Below, one piece after another: positions 27,595-37,193 of a stretch of 44,690 nt of DNA. The position numbers were made by a program, and so were the translations under genes. Each line of letters starts with the position of its first letter. Within the stretch, counting starts at the first letter, position 1. The notes under the pieces are model-generated. The model was not told the DNA's origin and searched no databases. It worked only from the letters and a program-made list of their open reading frames with translations. The stretch is from positions 1 to 44,690 of IMG/VR virus record IMGVR_UViG_3300011439_000026; one strand, written 5' to 3'. The DNA is from a virus. Lineage: Duplodnaviria > Caudoviricetes.

Positions 27595-27995
27595 TGGCCA
27601 AGTACAAAGCCTTCACCCCGGCGCAACTGAACGCGATACTGCGCGAAATCAAGAAAAAGAACAACCAGATGATCGCCGACATGAAAGGCAACAAGCTGGC
27701 CAAAGTGGCCATGCAGGCGGGGTTCATCGTGGAAGCGCGGGCCAAGGAAATCATCACCGAAAAGGGCCACGTAGTGACTGGCACCCTCAAGCGCTCGATC
27801 AACACGCAATTACTGGAAGTCGGCACCTACAGCGCGCAGGTGGGCGTTGGCACGTTTGTGGTGTACGGGCCGTTCATTGAGAACCTGCCCGACGGCGGCT
27901 ACCTGTTGCCGGCCGCTATCGAAACGTTCCCCGAGGTGAGCCGGTTCCTGAATGAGCATGGCGTGGTGCCGGTGCTCAAGCGGTGGGGTGCCTGA
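27594..27995 (+). CDS. HK97 gp10-like neck/tail-completion protein
   Basis: VVTGTLKRSI, VGTFVVYGPFIE, YLLPA. Confidence 0.75.
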   Translation: MAKYKAFTPAQLNAILREIKKKNNQMIADMKGNKLAKVAMQAGFIVEARAKEIITEKGHVVTGTLKRSINTQLLEVGTYSAQVGVGTFVVYGPFIENLPDGGYLLPAAIETFPEVSRFLNEHGVVPVLKRWGA

Positions 27996-27996
27996 C

Positions 27997-28599
27997 ATGG
28001 CCATCACGTTGGTGCCGGGCATCACCCCTGGCCGCGGGATCATGGCCGTGGTGTACGACGCCCTGGCCAGTGACGTGTGCCTGGGGCCGTTGCTTGACCG
28101 CGAGGAGCAGGTGACCCATGGCACCGATGACTGGTGTGACGAGCCCACCAACCGCCACATGCTGGTGGCAGTGCGGCGCGAGCAGCAGGGGTCACCGGGG
28201 CACTTCACGCGCGCGGTGGTGACCTTTGGCCGCTTTGGCAAGTTCCCATTCCGCAATGGGAGCATCCGCCCCAACCTTGAGGAATGGATTTTTTGGGTCA
28301 GCGTGTTTGCCAAGAGCGAAATCATCCGCGACGACGGCACGCACGCGGGTGGTGGCGACCTGTGGGCCATGGACATTTACCACCACGTGGTGCGTATTTT
28401 GGGGTGGGACCAAACCCCGCCACCCGGGCAGCCGTGCGGCCCCGACTTCATCGTGATGCGGCGGCGCCACCTGGGTGACAGCCTGCCGTTGTCATGGGTA
28501 GACGAGCACCAGTGGTGGCAAATCAGTACGCGATTTGATTGGTGGGTGTTGAGCCGGGGCCTTGTGGCACCGCCGCCGTGTGTTCCATGCGAGCAATAG
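27997..28599 (+). CDS. tail terminator-like protein
   Basis: Position directly upstream of tail tube; AVVYDALASD start. Confidence 0.5.
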   Translation: MAITLVPGITPGRGIMAVVYDALASDVCLGPLLDREEQVTHGTDDWCDEPTNRHMLVAVRREQQGSPGHFTRAVVTFGRFGKFPFRNGSIRPNLEEWIFWVSVFAKSEIIRDDGTHAGGGDLWAMDIYHHVVRILGWDQTPPPGQPCGPDFIVMRRRHLGDSLPLSWVDEHQWWQISTRFDWWVLSRGLVAPPPCVPCEQ

Positions 28600-28614
28600 A
28601 GGAGGTAGCTGGCC

Positions 28615-29160
28615 ATGCCTGATCCGGCACTGTGCACCGAAACCCTGGACCTGACCATCAAGACCGGCACGTTCCGCCTGTTTTTGCAAGAGGCGGGCTT
28701 GCCCGAGTTCGAAGTCGGGGACATCCAAGAAGGCGACTTCACGTTCACGCCGCAAACGATCGAGCACCGCCGCGGGCTCGATAACTCGATTGACGGCATC
28801 TTTTCCATCGGCAAGGACTACACCATCAACTTCACGACCAACAGCCTGACGACCAAGAACCTGGCCGTGCTGTTGAACGAGCCCACGGTCAACATCGCCG
28901 AGGGCTGCAAAATCCCGCTGAGTGGCGGCACCTGCGTTGACCAGTTTGGCGCCCGCATGCTCATTCCCTTCCAGTGCAATGACCGCCTGTACGAAATCAC
29001 GTTCTGGCGGGCGCAGATCTTGAGCGAGTTCACCATGACGTTCAGCCGCGAGGACTTTGCCGCCATCACGGGCAGCATCCGCGCATTGGATTGCAGCAGC
29101 GCACACCCCAATGAGCCCTTTGGGCAGATCGTGGAGTTGGCGGCAGCCTGCGCATCGTAA
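28615..29160 (+). CDS. major tail tube protein
   Basis: GGAGGT RBS; TGTFRLF, EVGDI..GDFTFTP..IEH, EITFWRAQ, MTFSRED; precedes chaperone and tape measure. Confidence 0.7.
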   Translation: MPDPALCTETLDLTIKTGTFRLFLQEAGLPEFEVGDIQEGDFTFTPQTIEHRRGLDNSIDGIFSIGKDYTINFTTNSLTTKNLAVLLNEPTVNIAEGCKIPLSGGTCVDQFGARMLIPFQCNDRLYEITFWRAQILSEFTMTFSREDFAAITGSIRALDCSSAHPNEPFGQIVELAAACAS

Positions 29161-29178
29161 CCAAAAAGGAGGCACCTG

Positions 29179-29673
29179 TTGACCGTGCGTGACCCTGTTT
29201 ACAACGAGCCCCTGCCCGTGACCATCAACGGGCAGGCGTACACCGTGCACGAGTTGCCCAACCGGCGCGTGCGGCACTACGTCATGCAGTACTTTGCCGT
29301 GGCCATGCAAGCCCGCACCGTGCCGGCGCTGCGGTTGGACGCGGCCGCCAAGACTGAGGCCGAAATCCAGGCCATGCTCGAAACTGTGGACCCCACCATC
29401 CTGGTCAACAGCTACTGGGACATGGCCAACGGGTTCATTGCCGAGGCCACAAACCTGACCGTCGAGCAAGTGGAGGAACTGCCGACCAGCGTGGTGCTGG
29501 CCCTGGCCGATGTGGCGTGGGAGGTGCACAAGGTGGTGGTGAGCCGTTTTTTTCACGTCAAGGGGGCGGTCGTCGAGGTGATTCGCCCGAGCGACGCGCA
29601 GACGAATGGGCATTCCGGCAGGCCGTCGTCATCACCCAACTTGTCCGGGGCGGATTCGACTACGGCGCCGTAA
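29179..29673 (+). CDS. tail assembly chaperone (G)
   Basis: AAGGAGG RBS, TTG start, VTINGQAYTVHEL; lies between tube and tape measure. Confidence 0.75.
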   Translation: MTVRDPVYNEPLPVTINGQAYTVHELPNRRVRHYVMQYFAVAMQARTVPALRLDAAAKTEAEIQAMLETVDPTILVNSYWDMANGFIAEATNLTVEQVEELPTSVVLALADVAWEVHKVVVSRFFHVKGAVVEVIRPSDAQTNGHSGRPSSSPNLSGADSTTAP

Positions 29674-30002
29674 GGGACATGACCTATTCGCAGATGGAAT
29701 ACTTTGCGCGGGCGGTGTCCTACCATCGTGCCGAGGAGTCGCTGGTGGCGTTGGCCATTGCCCACAACCCATACGTCAAGGCGTCGAAGATTGAGCGCCT
29801 GCACCGGCACTTTAAGCGGCACATGCGCAGCGCCCAGCAGGGCGAACCGGTGGGCATTGACATGCGCGAGGGCGGCAGCGTGGGCATGACGGGCGAGGCG
29901 CTTGAGCGGCAGATGGGCCAGCTTGGCCAGTTGTTTGGCCCGGTCAAGCGCGTGGTGTTGAGCCGTGAGGAGTTGGCTGCACGTATGAGGGCTCGGCAGT
30001 GA
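29547..30002 (+). CDS. tail assembly chaperone GT extension via -1 frameshift
   Basis: Slippery heptamer T TTT TTT at 29547-29553; the -1 frame stays open to 30002 (VRDMTYSQMEYF) and overlaps the tape measure start. Confidence 0.65.
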   Translation, partial: FFSRQGGGRRGDSPERRADEWAFRQAVVITQLVRGGFDYGAVRDMTYSQMEYFARAVSYHRAEESLVALAIAHNPYVKASKIERLHRHFKRHMRSAQQGEPVGIDMREGGSVGMTGEALERQMGQLGQLFGPVKRVVLSREELAARMRARQ

Positions 30003-32281
30003 GCATTTCAGCCACTAACATCATCGACACCCAAATGCGCCTGAACGCGGACAAGTTCACCGCGGGCGCCAAGCAAGCCAACAAGGCGGTTGACCAGCTA
30101 ATCAGGGGCAACCTGAGCGTGCAAGGCGGGCTGTCCTTGGTGCGCGGTGCCTTGCTTGGTGCAGGCGGTGCCGCCGCCCTGACCGCCGCCGCCTTTGTTG
30201 GCACCGCCATTGCCACCACGGTCATGGTCACCAAGGCCATCCGCGTGGGCGAAGAACTGCACAACATGAGCCTGCGCACGGGTGAATCCGTCGAGGCCCT
30301 GAGCCGGCTCAAGTTTGCCGCCGAGCAAGAGGACGTGTCGCTTGGGCAGGTGTCGCAAGCGTTGCGCATCCTTTCGGTGCGCGCCGTCGCGGCCAGCCGT
30401 GGCAACAAGGAAGCCGCTGCATCGTTCCAGCGGCTCAACATCGACGTCAAGGATGCCAGCGGCCAAATAAAGTCGGGCACCGAACTGCTGCGCGACCTGG
30501 GCGTGGCCATCAACAAGCTGCCAACCGGCACCGAACGCATGGCCGCGGCCACGCAGTTGTTGGGGCGCAGCGGCGCGCAACTGCTGCCGCTCATCCAAAA
30601 CTTCGATGCGCTTAACAAGGAAGCCGAGCGCCTGGGGCTGACTATTGGCCCCGCCTTTGCCAAGGACGCCGACGAGTTTGGCGACGTCATGGGTCAAATC
30701 GGCAGCCAGCTTGGCCGCATTGGGGTGGCCGTTGCCGAGGCGTTGCTGCCGTCGTTGATCGATATGGCCAAGTTTATCCGGGAAGCCCTGATCCCCGCGG
30801 TCAACTTTTTCAAAGACGACTTCGAGGAACTGGGTTTTCAGTTGTTCCGCACGGGCAAGCTTTTCGACTTTGTCACGGCGGGGGCGGTGGCCTTTGGCGC
30901 CAAGCTGAGTGGCGACCAGGCCACACTTGCCGGCGCGCAAGAACTGATGCGCGAGTTTGCCGGCGCACTGGACAAGACGCGCGAGGAGTGGGTCGCGCTG
31001 CGCAACGCCGAAAGCCCGGCCGGCCCCATCGGCGAAGCGGGCGCCGCAGCCGGCACAGCGGCCGAGCAAATGCAAGCCCTGGCCGATGCGTTCAAGGACT
31101 TGGACAAGGAAGCCATTGCCCCGGTGGTCGCCGTGGCCAAGGACCTGGCCGGCGAAAACGGCCTTGGCGTGCTCAGCAAACAGTTCAAGGCGCTGGTGGT
31201 CGAGTTGCAGCGCGTGGCACAAACCAGCAACGCGGCCAAGCTCGCGCTGGCCGAGGTGTTCAAGGTTCAACAGGAGGGCCTGCGGCAAATCCAGGTTGAA
31301 AAGGTAAAAGCCCTGGGCGACGCCTTTAAGGACCTGGACAAGGATGCCATCGCCCCGCTGTTGCAGGTGGCGCGTGAACTGGCCGGCGAAAACGGCATTG
31401 GGGCACTGGGCACGCAGTTCCAGGCACTGGTGACCGAGTTGCAGCGCGTGGCGCAAACGAGCCCCATTGCTGCCAAGGCCCTGGGGGAAGTCCTGCGGAT
31501 ACAGCAGGCGGCGCTTGCCGCGCGCACGTTTCCTGAACCCGGGACGTTGCAGGGGCCGGTGACCGAGGGCGGCGTGGGGCCGCTAACTCCCGAGCAGCAG
31601 GCGGCGGTGGACGAGGACCCCTTTGGGTTGGAACGGGGGGCACAGGGGCCAGTGACCGCGGGGGGCATTGGCCCCGAGCGCATGGTGGCTGCGGCCGAGG
31701 GTGCCGAGGGCCTGGCCATCGGGCTCCGCAATGCGGCCGACGCGGCAGCTATGGTCAACGGCGAGCTTGCCACCATGGAGTCGGTGGGCGCGTCCATCTT
31801 TAATGCGCTGAACGATGCCAGCAACGTTTTCGTTGACAGCCTCATCACAATTGGGGGCTCGTTTGAGCAGGCCGGCCAGGCGGCGATCGACTTTTTCAGG
31901 GAACTGCTGCTCAGCTTTGCCAGAGCCATTGTGCGGGGGCTCATTCTGGCGGCCATCATGTCGGCAATCGGCTTGGGCCCAGGCATCAACATCAAAAAAA
32001 TCGTCCAAGGTGCTGCTGGGGCCGCGGCCGGCGGCATTGGGTTCCAGGACGAGGAGAGCAGCATGCTCGGGCGCTCGGCCCAAGCCCGCAGCTTGGCAAC
32101 GGGCATTGGTGGGGGGCAACTGCCGGGTGCGGCCAGTGGCCTGCCCGTGCCCAACGTGACCGTGACCCCCACCGTGCAGATTAACCAAGCCACGCCAATG
32201 ACCTGGGCGCGCGTTGTCGATGAAAACGTGATGCCCCGCTTGCGCACGCGCCAGCGGCGCCTGAATGATGACCTGACATGA
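29999..32281 (+). CDS. tape measure protein
   Basis: 760 aa, Ala/Gly-rich helical; ELHNMSLRTGESVEALSRLKFAAEQ and LLGRSGAQLLPL motifs. Confidence 0.9.
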   Translation: MSISATNIIDTQMRLNADKFTAGAKQANKAVDQLIRGNLSVQGGLSLVRGALLGAGGAAALTAAAFVGTAIATTVMVTKAIRVGEELHNMSLRTGESVEALSRLKFAAEQEDVSLGQVSQALRILSVRAVAASRGNKEAAASFQRLNIDVKDASGQIKSGTELLRDLGVAINKLPTGTERMAAATQLLGRSGAQLLPLIQNFDALNKEAERLGLTIGPAFAKDADEFGDVMGQIGSQLGRIGVAVAEALLPSLIDMAKFIREALIPAVNFFKDDFEELGFQLFRTGKLFDFVTAGAVAFGAKLSGDQATLAGAQELMREFAGALDKTREEWVALRNAESPAGPIGEAGAAAGTAAEQMQALADAFKDLDKEAIAPVVAVAKDLAGENGLGVLSKQFKALVVELQRVAQTSNAAKLALAEVFKVQQEGLRQIQVEKVKALGDAFKDLDKDAIAPLLQVARELAGENGIGALGTQFQALVTELQRVAQTSPIAAKALGEVLRIQQAALAARTFPEPGTLQGPVTEGGVGPLTPEQQAAVDEDPFGLERGAQGPVTAGGIGPERMVAAAEGAEGLAIGLRNAADAAAMVNGELATMESVGASIFNALNDASNVFVDSLITIGGSFEQAGQAAIDFFRELLLSFARAIVRGLILAAIMSAIGLGPGINIKKIVQGAAGAAAGGIGFQDEESSMLGRSAQARSLATGIGGGQLPGAASGLPVPNVTVTPTVQINQATPMTWARVVDENVMPRLRTRQRRLNDDLT

Positions 32282-32694
32282 TTGTGCTGCGCGTGGTGCA
32301 CCCAGACTTGACCGGCGGCGAGGCGACGTTCACCGATGACGAGGTGGTGGAGTTGCTGGCCGTGCCGGTGCAGATTGTGACCGAGCAGGAGTCGCAAACC
32401 GGCAGCCTGACGTTTATCTACATCGGTCCCGAGCGGTTTGAGTTCGACATCCAGTTCAACGTGCACTACCAGGCCACGCTGCAAAAGCTTTCGGCCATCC
32501 GGCGCCTGCGCGAAACGTTCCAACTGTTCCCCTTTTTGGTGGAGGAGCAGGCCACCGAGTTCACGGTGTTTTGGCCGCAGGAGCCCGTGATGCAGGAGCG
32601 GTGGGTGCGCGGCCGGCGCGCGGCGCACTGGGATATACCCGTCAAGTGGAAGGAGTCGCGCGTCGTTGATTGCTTGCCCGTGGCGGCAAGCTAG
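32278..32694 (+). CDS. putative distal tail protein
   Basis: Directly follows tape measure; beta-rich 138 aa. Confidence 0.5.
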   Translation: MIVLRVVHPDLTGGEATFTDDEVVELLAVPVQIVTEQESQTGSLTFIYIGPERFEFDIQFNVHYQATLQKLSAIRRLRETFQLFPFLVEEQATEFTVFWPQEPVMQERWVRGRRAAHWDIPVKWKESRVVDCLPVAAS

Positions 32695-32706
32695 GAGGCA
32701 AGGCCC

Positions 32707-32877
32707 ATGGAAATGCTCTTACCGGTATTGTGTGCGGTGGCGGTGGTGTGTGCGGTGCTTTACGCGGTGCCGCGGATTGAGGTCATCCCGCCGACGTTGC
32801 GCATGGTCATCATCGTGGTCACGGTGCTCGTGGCCGTGCTGTGGGTGTTGCGTTACGCGGTGCCGAGGGTCGCCTAG
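32707..32877 (+). CDS. small two-TM membrane protein (56 aa; absent from ORF track)
   Basis: AGGAGG RBS, ATG 32707, MEMLLPVLCAVAVVCAVLYAVPRIEVIPPTLRMVIIVVTVLVAVLWVLRYAVPRVA. Confidence 0.7.
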   Translation: MEMLLPVLCAVAVVCAVLYAVPRIEVIPPTLRMVIIVVTVLVAVLWVLRYAVPRVA

Positions 32878-32892
32878 CCCCAGGGGTGCGCC

Positions 32893-33420
32893 ATGGCGAT
32901 CATTGAACCCTACGAGGGGTGCACGCTGCCGCCAGTCCTCATCGGCACCGGGCAGTTGTTCATCTTGGTCGGTGCCGATGAGCATGACCTGGGCAACTTT
33001 TCTCTGGTGGACCTGGTGCAGGTGGCTGAAGCCCGCCGTACCTTTGCCGGTGCCGATGAAGTGGCCAGTGCCGTGGGGGCCACGGCCGAATGGCGGTTGG
33101 AGCTTACGGGCGACACCTTCACGATGGCAAACCTGGCCCGGCTGTTTAATGAAACGCTGGTGGGCACCGAGATCGGCCTGCACACCGTGCGCGACCTGCC
33201 GCTGTACACGCTACGTTTCCGCAAGCTGCTGCGGCGGCAGGATTGCGCACCGAGCTACTTTGAACTGAACCTGTGGCGCTGCTACCTGGAAATGCCCATC
33301 ACGTACACGTTCAGCCAGGATGAGCAAACGGTGCACCGGTTTGTGTTCATTGCCGTGCCCGATGCCATCGCCCACCCGGACAAGCCCTTTGGTGTGATTG
33401 AGCTTGTGGAGCCGATGTAG
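32893..33420 (+). CDS. second tail-tube paralog
   Basis: ELNLWRC..ITYTFSQDE..AHPDKPFGVIE aligns with EITFWRA..FTMTFSRED..AHPNEPFGQIVE of 28615-29160. Confidence 0.7.
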   Translation: MAIIEPYEGCTLPPVLIGTGQLFILVGADEHDLGNFSLVDLVQVAEARRTFAGADEVASAVGATAEWRLELTGDTFTMANLARLFNETLVGTEIGLHTVRDLPLYTLRFRKLLRRQDCAPSYFELNLWRCYLEMPITYTFSQDEQTVHRFVFIAVPDAIAHPDKPFGVIELVEPM

Positions 33421-36204
33421 TTGGCGCACGTGCTGACCAGGATTGACGGTTGGGAACTTGGCACGATCATCGCCAAGACGGCCGACTCATCCACTGGCGT
33501 GCCCACGGTGCAAACGGGCACGGTGCGCACCGGCACCTATGCTTTGCAACTGGTGCAGAACGGCGTCGCGCCGCAGGCCCTGGTCTATGCCCTGACGTTC
33601 ACCGATAGCCCGGCCCCGGGGTCGGGCATCCCGGCAACAACGGCGTTTGCCGCGGCGGCGTTCAGGGCATGGGTGCGCTTCTCGGTGTTGCCCGACAGCA
33701 CGCGGCGCATCCTTGCTTTCCGCGGTGTGGGGCCAACCGATCGCACCGTGGTGTCGTTGTCAAGTGCCGGTGTGCTCAGCATGGACGGCAACCTGGGGCC
33801 GACGCTGGCGGCCAACACCTGGTACGAAATCACGGTGCTCTATGACTCGGCCACGGGGTTGGCCAGCTTGCAATTGGACAGTGGCACAGGGCGCGTGCTG
33901 GTATTCAACAACATCACGGCGGCCAGCGCCGGCACGGTCACGCAGTTGGCCATGGGGCAGACGGCAGCCCTGGCCGTGTACACGATGTTTGTCGATGACA
34001 TCGCAATTGAGGCGGCAGCCAGTGTGGCAAGTATCGACTTCCCCGCGGCGGGTGCCGTGTATGGCCTGCCGCTGCAAGCAAACGGCCTCCTGTCCACCGA
34101 TGTGTGGACGCCCTTTGGTGCTGCCACCCGGTGGGAATGCTGCACGGGGCCGCATGACGGTGACACCACGTACATCGCGGTGTCGAACGCTGGGGAACGC
34201 CGTCAATCGTTTGTACAAACGATTCCAGCCCAGGTGCTCGCGCCGATCAATGCGGTTCAGTTTCAGCAGGTGGTGCGAAAGTCGGCCGGGCTCACGGGGC
34301 ACCTGAACCGGATACTGATTGCGGCCACCAACACATCCGTCGTCGGCAGCTTCATGGAGTTGACGGATAACAACGGCGATGGCACCCCAACCTACAGCAT
34401 CACTTATCGGCTCTTGCAGCTTAACCCGTTCACCGGGGATCCATGGCTGGTAGAAGACTTGGTGGCCATGGTGGTGGGGACGTATGCGGACCCACTGGAC
34501 CTGGGTGGGTTTCAGCGCGTTTCGACCGTCATGGCGCAGGTGGATGTGGGTGTGCCCGCGGGCGGTGGTGGGTCGGATGTGCCGGCGGGTAGTGACGTGG
34601 TGCCCGTGGTGGAGGTGCGTGAAGGCTATTGCGTGTCGGTGGTGTTTGACCCTGGTGGCGTGCAGGAAACCGACCTAAGTGGTTACCTCACGGGCAGCCG
34701 CCCCCTGCGCATGGAAAAGGACGTGCTCCTGCGCCGCTACAAGGCCAACGACGGCGAGCTTGAGTTTGCCGACCCGGCGAGCTTGTTTGTCGAAACCAAC
34801 CCCGCCAGTTTTTTGCGCCACCCCGTCGATGACCGCCCGGATTGGTTCAACAAGCGGGTGGAGGTGCAAGCCCAGTTTGGCAACAGCGTGCTGGTGCGGT
34901 TTGTGGGTTTTGTGGTTGATGTGACCGCCGAGCGTGGCGTGGGCCGGCTGACCATTGCCAACCGCTTTCAGGCGCTAGTGGATCGGCCCGTGCGCGCCAA
35001 CACCATGGGGCGCCTGGTCAGCACGCTGCGCTTCCCCGGCATTGGCCCGGCCGAAATCCTTGACCTCAACGCGCCTGACCAGGGGCTGTTCCTGGGCACG
35101 ATTGGGGGCCAAGGCAACGGCGTGGCAGGATTGAACGGCCCCCCGGCGCAAACGTTCACCGTCAACTTCCTTGAAAACGGCATCAACACGGACTTCACCG
35201 TGACGGGCAGTGTCACGGGCTTTGAGGGGCGGGGCCGCATGGAGTTGGCCGGCTCGTGGCAATCGGCCACGGGCTACCTGGACATCGACCCGCGGCGCGC
35301 TGGGGGCGACTTTAAGGACCCGGCCCTTGGCCCCAAGAAGGGCGAGACGGCTACCTTTGAGGTGCTTTGGCGGCCCACCCCGGGGCAGGGCATCATTGGC
35401 GCCATCCGCGAGTTTTTGCTGGACCCCCTGGGTGCAGGGCTCACCCCGGCCGACCTGGCGCTGGACACGTTCACAGCGCTTGAGGGCACGGTGCACGACC
35501 AGGTGTTGCCCAACATCGGCGCCCCCGTGGTGCCCAGGTTGGCTGCCACCGAGGGCAACGTGCTCGACGCGCTGGCTGCCATGGTGCTGCACGCAGGGTG
35601 CAGCTTGTTCGAAACGTCGGACGCCCGCATTGGCTTGGCCTCATTCATGCCGCGCACGGTCACATCCATCCCGTTGTTGTGCAAGAGCGATGACCTGATG
35701 GCTGCCGCCGTGGGGCACCTGCCGATTTACAACGAGTTTGCGGTGCTGCGCACCTTTGACGAGCGCAACCAAAAGTACACCAGTGGCGAAACGTGGCCCC
35801 CACTGGTGGACAACGACAGCCAGGTGCGGTACGGCCGGCGGTTGCCGGCGCCATCGGGGTTGGAGTTCCGCGGCTACGATGGCTCCAACGAGCCGTGGAC
35901 AAAGACGGTGGCGCAAGTGCTTTACGAGCGCCACAAGGATCCGCGCACCATCTTCGCCGTGCGCACCAAGATTGAGCGCCTTGACGCCGAGTTGGATGAC
36001 GTCTATCGTTTGGACTCAGAGGCCCCCGACATCCAGGTGCGGTTCACCGACCCGGCCATGATCAGCAAGAGCATCACGGGGCCGCTGACGGTGGACATGG
36101 AAGTGATTAGCACCGAGGTGGTGAGCGATGGCGAGTGCCCCGGGTTCCTTGCACTGGACGACCCGGGCAAAGGGCTGGACGATCCGTGTTGGGGGTTGTT
36201 CTAA
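33421..36204 (+). CDS. large tail-tip protein: N-terminal LamG-like domain plus hub/Tal-like region
   Basis: 927 aa; LAANTWYEITV, MFVDDIAIE; C-terminal DSQVRYGRR motif typical of tail hub proteins. Confidence 0.7.
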   Translation: MAHVLTRIDGWELGTIIAKTADSSTGVPTVQTGTVRTGTYALQLVQNGVAPQALVYALTFTDSPAPGSGIPATTAFAAAAFRAWVRFSVLPDSTRRILAFRGVGPTDRTVVSLSSAGVLSMDGNLGPTLAANTWYEITVLYDSATGLASLQLDSGTGRVLVFNNITAASAGTVTQLAMGQTAALAVYTMFVDDIAIEAAASVASIDFPAAGAVYGLPLQANGLLSTDVWTPFGAATRWECCTGPHDGDTTYIAVSNAGERRQSFVQTIPAQVLAPINAVQFQQVVRKSAGLTGHLNRILIAATNTSVVGSFMELTDNNGDGTPTYSITYRLLQLNPFTGDPWLVEDLVAMVVGTYADPLDLGGFQRVSTVMAQVDVGVPAGGGGSDVPAGSDVVPVVEVREGYCVSVVFDPGGVQETDLSGYLTGSRPLRMEKDVLLRRYKANDGELEFADPASLFVETNPASFLRHPVDDRPDWFNKRVEVQAQFGNSVLVRFVGFVVDVTAERGVGRLTIANRFQALVDRPVRANTMGRLVSTLRFPGIGPAEILDLNAPDQGLFLGTIGGQGNGVAGLNGPPAQTFTVNFLENGINTDFTVTGSVTGFEGRGRMELAGSWQSATGYLDIDPRRAGGDFKDPALGPKKGETATFEVLWRPTPGQGIIGAIREFLLDPLGAGLTPADLALDTFTALEGTVHDQVLPNIGAPVVPRLAATEGNVLDALAAMVLHAGCSLFETSDARIGLASFMPRTVTSIPLLCKSDDLMAAAVGHLPIYNEFAVLRTFDERNQKYTSGETWPPLVDNDSQVRYGRRLPAPSGLEFRGYDGSNEPWTKTVAQVLYERHKDPRTIFAVRTKIERLDAELDDVYRLDSEAPDIQVRFTDPAMISKSITGPLTVDMEVISTEVVSDGECPGFLALDDPGKGLDDPCWGLF

Positions 36205-36702
36205 ATGACCAAGGCAAGGGTTAACTGGCTGTTCGGGCAGGTGCCGGTGCCAAGCGCGCAGCTTGACCAGGTCACCACCGATTGGATGACCAACGGCCTG
36301 CCGATCATGGGCCACTCGGGCCTGTGGCGTCTGCCGCCGCTGTTCATCTTCACTGGTGACCTTGCCTTTGGGTGGTACCCCTACAACGCTGACAAAAGCG
36401 TGTTTGATGAACTGCGCTTGCTGTTCGGCTGGACCGAAGAAATCGGGGGCATGTTTAACACGTTTGAAATTTCCCTCGATTCGGGCGCCACGTGGGCCGA
36501 TGCACTGGCGGGCTCAGTGGCCCCACCCGTGGACCTGGGCACTGCGGCTGAGCACATGGTCACGCATGTCCTGACGAGCATCACGGGGTCACAGTGGATC
36601 GGGTTCCGCATCGACGTTGCCAACCCGGACCTCACGGACGAGCGCATGTTTCGCTATGCCTTTCAGGCGTTCCTCTACAACAGCACGGACAACCCGTTCT
36701 AG
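36205..36702 (+). CDS. minor tail protein
   Basis: Adjacent to tail-tip gene; EISLDSGATW Asp-box-like motif. Confidence 0.6.
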   Translation: MTKARVNWLFGQVPVPSAQLDQVTTDWMTNGLPIMGHSGLWRLPPLFIFTGDLAFGWYPYNADKSVFDELRLLFGWTEEIGGMFNTFEISLDSGATWADALAGSVAPPVDLGTAAEHMVTHVLTSITGSQWIGFRIDVANPDLTDERMFRYAFQAFLYNSTDNPF

Positions 36703-36704
36703 CC

Positions 36705-37193
36705 ATGCTGTGCTTTGCCCGCCCTGTCGTTGCCGCACAGGTGGCGCTGCTGCACCCCACGTTGTGGACCATCGTGCAGGCAATCGCCAACGGCCTTTGG
36801 CTTGAGCACACCGGGCAGGACAACCTGGTGGTCACCGAACTGTTCCGCACGCATGACCAAACGGTGGCGCTCTACACGCGGGCCGGGCTGGCGGCACCAG
36901 CCGCCAGCGTGCACGAAAGCGTCAAGGTGGCCGGTGACGCGCTGAGCGGTTGCCGGGGTGCCGACCTGAGCGTGCGCATGGCGCGCCCCGGCCTGCGATA
37001 TGACGAGTGGCCGTTTCTCCCAACCAGCATGGTGCGGCACCTGGTGCGCGCCGTCAACGAGCGGTGGCGTTACCAGCAAAGCGAGCAGCACCAGGTAGCG
37101 CTGTTCCACGCGGTCAGTGGGCCGCACGTGCACTTGCAAGTGCGCCCCCAGGGCGAAACGGTGCGGAGGGTTGATGGCAACCTGGGTGATTGA
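36705..37193 (+). CDS. peptidase M15-like endolysin
   Basis: VTELFRT, SVH...CRGADLS, PHVHLQ zinc-peptidase motifs. Confidence 0.7.
   Translation: MLCFARPVVAAQVALLHPTLWTIVQAIANGLWLEHTGQDNLVVTELFRTHDQTVALYTRAGLAAPAASVHESVKVAGDALSGCRGADLSVRMARPGLRYDEWPFLPTSMVRHLVRAVNERWRYQQSEQHQVALFHAVSGPHVHLQVRPQGETVRRVDGNLGD

Noticed and set aside
5516-32628. Long minus-strand ORFs (5516-7447, 10401-12083, 14321-16435, 18845-20614, 23245-24933, 30098-31456, 31267-32628)
   Set aside because: Antisense shadows of well-supported + strand genes in high-GC DNA.
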